From: the human T2T-CHM13v2.0 reference genome, Homo sapiens
Direction: 5' to 3' (one strand)
Assembly (NCBI RefSeq): GCF_009914755.1
Contig: NC_060927.1
Length of the DNA: 64,000 nucleotides
Position numbers and translations under genes: made by a program. Below the pieces are notes generated by a model. That model did not search any database. It worked only from the letters and a program-made list of their open reading frames with translations, and had not been told where the DNA came from. Below are positions 55,904 to 64,000 of this stretch, piece after piece. Each line of letters opens with the position of its first letter. Position 1 is the first letter of the stretch.

Positions 55904-58344
55904 TGAGTTTCCACTGATCTACATTCTCTCCAAGCCTTGGTACTGTCAGATTTTCTTAGGTTCTGCCAAGTGGGTGTAAAGCGGTATCTCATGTTGGTTT
56001 TGGTTTTATTTTCTTAAGTTCTGAACATCTCTTCATGTGTGATCATGTGTTTCCTTCTCTGTAATAGGTCTCTTTATGTCTTTTACTGATTTTTCTTTTG
56101 AGGTTTCTTCTTTTATTATTGTAAGCATTCTTGATATGTTTTTGAGAGTAATCTTTTTTGTCACAGATATCTACTACCAGTTTGTACCTGGAAAGCATGT
56201 TTAAGAGTTTTTTCTTAAACTTAATTTTAAAATTGTAGCCCAATTAACTTAACTAGTTTTTTATGGTTAACATATTTGTCTTCTTTAGAAAACCTTTCAG
56301 CTATATTTTAACCTGAAATAATGAGGATTTTCTTTTCACATTTCTTAATCTACTAAGTTCCTTTTTTTCCCATACAGATAACTGATTTTTCAATCTTCAT
56401 TTATTGAATACCTCTTTCTTTTCCCAGTGACTAGCCATTTCACTTTTGTCATTCATGAAAGTTCAAATATTTGTGTTTATAGGCTCTGTGTGCCCTTCCA
56501 TTGGTTAATTTGCCTATTTCTTCATTAATATTCCACTCCCTTAATTGCTATAGCTCGACAATAAGTATTACATCTGGCTATCCTCCATGCCTTAATATTC
56601 TTATTTAAATATATATCAACCATTTGTTATTCCAAATTAATTTTAGAATAGGCTTGTCATATTATACTGAACGTAGAGATAATTTAGGAGAAAATTGACA
56701 TTCTGACAATATTGGATCTATCTTTTCATCTATAGGATATCTTGCAATTTACATGTATCTTCCTTTGTACTGTTTGGTAAAGTTTTGTTAGTTTCAGTAA
56801 ATAAATCTTGCAAATTTTTATTTGGTTGATCCGTAAATTCTTTATAGCTCTTTTTCTTATTGCAAATATTACCCCTTTAAAATTTCATTCTCTAAGTTTT
56901 GTACCTAGCATACAGAAATGCACTTGACTTTTGAATGCTGAATTTATATCCAATAACCTGACTAAGGTCTCTTATAATTTTTAATAACTCACCTATAGGT
57001 TCCACCAGGTTTTTCTGTTGACATTCACTTCATTTGCAAATCATAGCAGTTTTTTTCCTCCTTCCCCATCATTAGGCTTTTATTTGCTTATTGTACTAAC
57101 TAGGACCTCAAATATAATTTCTCACAGAAGTGGTATAACAAGTATTTTTATATGGTTGCTGGTTCTACAGGAAATGCTTCTAATATTTTCAAATTTTGAA
57201 TTATGTTAATTTAGGTTTTTTATGAATGTCTTTATCAGATTTAGGAAATTCTCTTTCAATTTTAGTTTACTAAGAATTTTGTCATGTTTTTTCCCCTTCA
57301 TCTATTGGCACAATTTTCCAGGTTTCTTCTTTAATCTACTGATATAATAAAGCCTGTTTAACAAATCTTCCTTGAATTCTAGGTATTAAGCTTAATTTCA
57401 TCATATATGATATATCATGCATTTTATACATTTTAAAATACAGTTTGCTAATTTTTTGTTCAGGATTTTTGCAGCTATATCCAGGGGTGAAATGAGCCAA
57501 TACTTTTTATTTCTTCTTTTGCTCTTCTCTGGTTTGGGTAAAGAGTTTACATTATTCTTGTAGAATAAAATGATGACCCTTGCTAATACTTCTCAACACT
57601 TTAAAAGACTTTACATAAGATTAGATGATGACATCTCTTAAAGCTTGTTAAAACTTACCTGTAAAATCATTTAAGATTGATGTTTTCTCTGAGGGAAGAC
57701 TTGCTTGCCAACTGTTAACTATTAATTACTACTATTACTACTGTAAGAAACAAATAGTCTAGGAAACTGAAGCACAAACCATCTCTTAACTCCATTTCAT
57801 CCAACTTTAAAAATTTATATTAACTTTATATCTGTTGATGCTTTCATGGCAAAAACTCACCAAATTTCAATTAAAGAATTAAAACTGTGTGTCTTTCCAA
57901 AAAGTTTAAATGTTACAATAATATAATATTGCTCATAATATGTTCATTCATATTTTCCTAAGGTAATTCTCCCAGACTAAGATTATTATTTTTCTTATCC
58001 AAAATTTTCAATACTGTAATCATAGTTGTATTACAGTCCAATATCTTCCTCATTTGCAAAACACTTGTATTGTTATTTACTTTATTTCCTTTAAGCAAAC
58101 TTTATTTTTTAAAATTTTTATTAATGGGAAATTTAAACATCAGAAAGAAATTTGTATTATGAACCCCATGTACTCATCACCTAGTTTAAACCATTCTTAA
58201 ATTGTGGAAAATATTGTGTCAAATACATATTCAATCACTTTCTCCAACCCCTAGCTATAGTAAAGTTAGTACCGAAAATCTTGTTTTTCATTTTTAAATA
58301 TATCAGAATCTATCTCTAATATAGTTGTTTTTTGCATGCTCTGG

Positions 58345-59715
58345 TTGACTACTGGTGGTCCCTAAGACCCTTTCAGGGGGATTATTATTATAATAATACT
58401 AAGATGCGGTTGCCTTTTTATCTCCATTCTTGTGAAGTTTTCCAGAGGCTACATGACCTGTGATATCACAAAGGATTGAATATAAAAGAAAATATGAGAC
58501 TCCATTTGTCTTCTACTAAAAAAACTCTTAAAGATTTGTAAACATGAAATAATGCCACACTTATCTTTTTTTTTTCTTGCTTTGGAAAATGTACTTCTTT
58601 TTGTAAAAATATGTTAACATGTAATTGGATTCTTATCATAATTTTAAATAAATTCATAAACAAATGTTTTGTTTTAATTTGAGTTTTAAAATATTTGAAT
58701 ACATGCATATCAATCAGTATAATCCAAAAGATATAAACAGACATTTCCCAAAGGAAGCATGCAAATGGCCAAAAAGTATAAGAAAAACTGCTCAACATCA
58801 CAAATCATCAGAGAAATGCAAGTCAAAACTACAATGAGATATCATCTTACCCCAGTTAAAATGGCTTTAATCCACAAGACGGGCAATAACAAATGCTGGT
58901 GAGGATGTTGAGAAAAGGGAACCCTTTTACACTGTTGGTGGGAATATAAATTAATACATCCACTATGGAGAACAGTATGGAGGTTCCTCAAAAAACTAAA
59001 AATAGAACTACCATGTTATCCATCAATCCCACTGCTGAGTATATATCTTCAAAGAGAAGGAAATCAGTATATTGAAAAGATATCTGTACTCCCATGTTTA
59101 TTACAGCACTTTTCACAATAGCCAAGTAGAAATCAACCTAAGTAGCCATCAATGAGAGGGTAAAGAAAAAGCAGAGCATATAAACAACGAAATATTATTC
59201 ACACACGAAATAAATGAAATCCTGTCACCCACAACAACATGGTGGAACTTGAGGCCATCCTGTTAAGTGAAATAAGCCAGGCACGAAAAGACAAATATCA
59301 CGCGCTGTCACTCATATGTAGGAGCTAAAAGATAAAACAAAATGAACTCAGTGAGCTAGACACTAGAATGATGCTTACCAGAAGCTGAGAAAGATAGCGG
59401 GGAGTGGAGCATAAAGAAGGGATGGTTAATAGGCACAGAAAACAGTTGGAATGAATAAGATCTAGTAGTGAGAAGCACAATAGGGTGACTATAATTAACA
59501 TCAATTTATTACATATTTTTAAATAACTAAAAGAGTGAAATTGGAATGTTCCTACCACAAAGAAATGATAAATGCTTGAGGTGACAGATAGCCCAATCAT
59601 AAATATGTACAGTTAATATGTATACATAATAATTAAAAATAAAACAATTTAATAACCTTAGAATTCTCAATAATTTTTAAAAGTATAAGCAATCCTGAAA
59701 CCAAATTTTGAGAGG
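58345..59715. mobile_element. MER119-like hAT-Charlie element interrupted by L1MA
   Basis: agaccctttcagggg..ataataatactaaga..ttttccagaggctacatgac; resumes after the L1 as ctcaataatttttaa..tcctgaaaccaaattttgaga. Confidence 0.7.
58728..59650 (+). mobile_element. L1MA (about MA3-MA5) 3' fragment
   Basis: atcatcttaccccagttaaaatggct...gaatgaataagatctagt..gcacaatagggtgactat..aaagaaatgataaatgcttgaggtga. Confidence 0.88.
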
Positions 59716-59789
59716 AAAAGTTCTCATATTTGAGCACTTTAAAAATCCGTAGCCATAATGACACTCTCACAGGTAAAACAAATGATAAT

Positions 59790-60248
59790 TTCTTTGTTTT
59801 TAAACTTTTATTTTAAGTTCAGGAGTACATGTGCAGGTTTATTACAGAGGTAAACTTGTGTCATGAGGGTTTGTTGTACAGCTTATTTCATCACTCAGGT
59901 ATGAGGCCTAGTACCCATTAGCTATTTTTCCTGATCCTCTCCCTCCTCCCAACCTCCACCTTCTGATAGGCCCCAAGGTGTGTTGCTCCCCTCTATGTGT
60001 CCATGTGGATATTTAACTCCCACTTATAAGTGAGAACATGTGGTATTTGATTTTTTGTCCCTGTGTTACTTTGCTAAAGATAATGGCTTCCAGTTCCATC
60101 CACGTTCCTGCAAAAGACATGATCTTGTTATTTTTATGACTGCATAGTATTCCATGGTGCTGAATTTTATTGAAAGCCTTTTCTGCATCTATTGAGATAG
60201 CCAAGTGATTTTGTCTGTCGTTCTGTTATGTTATTTCACTTTATTGAT
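59790..60248 (-). mobile_element. L1PA15/16-like fragment with large internal deletion
   Basis: 3'UTR and ORF2 end (59790-~60158) joined directly to RT-region [14 protein letters not shown] (~60158-60248) on the same strand. Confidence 0.85.
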
Positions 60249-61130
60249 AGCTCCCTTTGTCCCTTAGCACACAGTTAAAAACCTGAAACAGACTCAAGTA
60301 CAGTTTATTATAATGACTTTTTAAAAATTACCCTCAGTATACTAGCAATTCCTCTGCAGCTCTGGAGAAGGCCATTAACATTTAAGAGATTGTTTAGTCA
60401 AACAGCAATAGGGTGGAAGTGAAATGCTGTCAGAGCAGTGGATGCTGTTAGGGTTTCCCACAGGATGTGGTTCCCTCTGGCCCATGCTGTCAAGCTCGGT
60501 CTGACTCCACGTTGCTGGAGGGCCAGCTTACATTCTTAACACAGATGCTATATATTTTGCTTTCGCCTTGCGTATACTGTCAGCATAAACTGAAGGAAGC
60601 ATGTATATATGTTATCTCAATTCTTAAGTGTTTCATTACTTGTGAACAAACAAGAAAGTATGAAAGGTGGTTTTTCTACCTCTGGCTTCTGCAGAAAACT
60701 TCAAAGAGACCAAAGCTGATGTGTGAATTTTTATGATTAAGGGGTGCAGCATGTCTTCTCAATCAGGCTTCTTCAAAATCTGGTTGAGAGTTTGGTGGAT
60801 TGATTCAGAAAAGAGTTAGAGGATGCATATTTCAGAGTGTGTTAAATGTGCTTGCCACTAATTAATATCTGCATTTTTTTCCAATTCAAACGGGATGAAT
60901 AAAACAACACAAGGAGATAGTAATAAACATTAATTCAATGGTGATAAACTTCAGCTATTTAATTCTAAACATTTTAATTAAAAATGAAAGGAGTTCAGAG
61001 TATAAGAAAAATGTCCTATGGAGCCAGAGACAAAGGTATAGTGCCAGCCAAGCCATTAAAATTTGCAATATGGATGCCCAAGTGTTTCACTTCATGAATC
61101 CTTCATGCTAAGAATAATTTGAGATGGTAA

Positions 61131-61441
<311 letters not shown>

Positions 61442-61580
61442 AGGTACAAAGGATTTTTATATACATTTTCTTAGTAAAACCTCATAAAATTTCTGTGAGC
61501 CTTCTGTGTTCAAATTACATGCTCTTTCATTCAATCCCCACCTAAGATTTACTTGTTTTGCTTTGTTCTTTAATGAAGTA

Positions 61581-61805
61581 CTGTCAGCCCTTTATATCCA
61601 TGGGTTCCACATCTGTGGATTCAACCAAATCCAGATCAAAAATATTCAGAAAAAAAACGATTCTGATGCTTAAGTCTGTTATATAAAATGTCAAAGTATT
61701 TGTATATAACCTGCATATATCGTATAACAGACTTAAGCATCAGAGGAATTTGGTACATGAGGGGCGTCCTAGAAGCAATCCCCCGAGGATATCAAGAGGT
61801 GACTG
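61581..61805 (-). mobile_element. MER2 (Tigger family) with internal inversion
   Basis: ccatgggttccacatctgtggattcaacc..tcaaaaatattc and ..gtcctagaagcaatccccc..ggatatc..gactg with TA flanks; central part is in the opposite orientation. Confidence 0.85.
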
Positions 61806-61899
61806 TATTTTAAATATATAGTCTCAGCTATGTTTCAAAGGAAACTACATGGTTAAGTTGAATTTCAAATTCACTTGGCCAGCAATTGTTAATTATCAA

Positions 61900-62470
61900 G
61901 AGATATGTCAAATTTCTAGCCTAAAGAAGCATATGATTTCCTGAATAGACATGACATGGAAGAGAGTAATGGACAGTTATCAATACCACACACTTAATTA
62001 CAGAGTGATCATGAAAACGATGGTCCAAATGATAAGACAAACATTGTCTATAGGTTTGAGAGAACCCAAGGAGTATTTTTTGGAGGAGGTAGAATTTTAT
62101 CTGGACCTCAAAAGGCAGGTAAGACTCAGCTAAGAGGAGTGGAAAAGCCACCTCAGACAAGGAAGCAGATATGGCACAAGTAGATTCCAGTTGGAGAGAT
62201 ACATTCAGTTGAAGCCAAGAGTTCATGATAGGGGATAGAAGAAAGAAAGCTGGAAAATAGATAAAGATGCAGGTCTAGAAGGCTAAATAATTTATCCAAT
62301 CGAGAGTCATCAAAGATCTTGGAGCAGATAAATACCATGATGATAAATACTGTGTCTAAATATGGAAGTGAAGGGGAGAAAAGGAATTCAATATAACTTT
62401 TTGAATATGGATAATGAGAAAAATGGTGTCAGTGACAGAAACAGAGATGTTAGATTGAGAAGTTTTTTCC
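61900..62470 (-). mobile_element. L2 remnant
   Basis: ttggaggaggtagaatttt..ctggacctcaaaagg..gagaaaaatggtgtcagtgacagaa. Confidence 0.5.
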
Positions 62471-62559
62471 CCATACCAAACTTATGCATGTTTTCATTTG
62501 AGATTCTCTTCATTTTGGATTTAATTAATTGAAAGATGTTCTCCAAACTCTAACCTTAA

Positions 62560-63450
62560 CTAAGTACCATTTAGCCCAGCTACACGATTGACATTCTCAC
62601 TTGAATTTCTAAAGCACCTATCAATTTTAGTTCTACCTAAGAGAGGTCTTAAATCCCACCCCCTGCCAATTATTCTTTCCGGAGTCTTCCTCGTGTTAGT
62701 AGACGTCATCAATCCATCAACAAAAACTCTTGGCTCCATTTAAAAAATATATTTCACATCTGTTTACTTCTTTTCATTTCTACCATTTTTCACCTTGGTC
62801 TAAGCCACTGTTATCTCTAGCTTTGATTATTATGAAATCTTGTTCTACTTGAGCTCCTCTATAATTTATAAAAAACTCAGAGTAGTGCTATGAAAATATG
62901 AAATGGGTTGTTTAAATCTCCATATCAAAATCTCCAGTAGCCTCCTACTGCATTTAGAACAAAATTCACTCTTTTTCATGGTCCATTAGGTTCTACATGA
63001 TTGACCCTATTCTTATCTATGACTTCTCCCAGCTTTACCCCATCTCTCTATGCTCTTGCCACATTGCCCTTCTAGAGTAGGTTAAGATATTTCCTTTCTT
63101 GAGGCCTTTGCTCCTGTTGATCCCTCATGCTGGAATTCTCTTCCTCCAGGCCTTTGCATAGCTGGTTCCTCTAGTCACTAAGCCTTAGCTCAGAGGTCAC
63201 CTCCTCACTGACATTCACTTATAAGTAGCCCTTCCTCACTGGCCTCCCCAACACTTTCTATTACAACACTCTGTCTTATTTCATAGCATGCACCACTAAT
63301 CTTATTTATTCAGTTATTTGATTATCGCTGCCTCCTTATCCCAATGCCATCCCTTGAGAGGGGATCTAGTCTGCATGGTTTAGTCCTCTATGCCTTCAGT
63401 AGTGTCTGGCATACAGTCAGCTCTCATTTAATATTTGTTAAATGAGCAAA
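62560..63450 (+). mobile_element. L2 remnant to 3' end
   Basis: caccttggtctaagccac..gcctttgc..gctggaattctcttcct..tcagaggtcacctcctca..agtgtctggcatacagt..atatttgttaaatga. Confidence 0.8.
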
Positions 63451-64000
63451 CAAAGTCTCTCTCGTATAAGTCAATATAATTCTAGCTATGAGAAATTCCT
63501 GTTCTGTGCTAGTCTTGAGGATGTGAAAATATGAGGGGAAATTAACATTTTTCAGCAAGCACTGCTAGAGATCCAGGAGTTTCCCCCTCACAATGGAAAA
63601 TTTAAACCATGAAGGAAAATAAATGAAGGTTAAATACTAGAAGATATTTGTGGACAGTTATGCATTCATTCCACAGGCTCTGTAAGCCTGTAAACAATCA
63701 GGAGTTTATACCACATCTTAGCTGGTGTTCCGCTGCTTTCTATAGAATGGGAAGAAAATGTAGCTTGTCTATCACAGCAGGACTGGTGGCTTGAAAGGCA
63801 GCAGGATTTGTGTTTTCAGGTGTGACAGACTCTCTCACCCTCAGCTCCCAGAGGGCAGAGACCAAGGACCACATAACCACCAAAGCCAATGATCTGACCT
63901 CTGGAGGATTGACAGGCTCCAGGATGAGTAATGAGTTAGGCCCGGCAGATTATACAGTGCCCCTGAGATGAAGAAAACAGAACAAGGATGAATGAGTGCC

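Overview
Primate (human or great-ape-like) AT-rich intronic or intergenic DNA, dominated by interspersed repeats: Alu J/S/Y, MIR, L2, CR1/L3, L1 copies of many ages, MaLR LTRs (MST, MLT1, a complete THE1 provirus), an ancient ERVL-type provirus with an LTR16-like LTR, and DNA transposons (HSMAR1, MADE1, MER2, MER47, MER58, MER119). No host protein-coding exon, RNA gene or new biological system can be supported. The long ORFs with recognisable homology come from L1, Alu, mariner or ERV sequence. The notable signal is a cluster of rearrangement scars at about 14-25 kb. (1) A ~325-bp, ~98% identical inverted duplication whose left copy is flanked by an 18-bp direct repeat, suggesting a templated insertion. 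(2) An L1PA2 that apparently carried ~480 bp of foreign sequence (3' transduction) into an HSMAR1 element. (3) Two inverted young L1s that share a 250-bp perfectly identical tract beside a ~4% diverged tract, suggesting gene conversion or an inversion substrate. (4) A twin-primed, internally deleted L1. Smaller template-switch scars occur elsewhere, such as a perfect 22-bp hairpin inside MER2. Subfamily names and consensus comparisons are from memory, and boundaries of old repeats are approximate.
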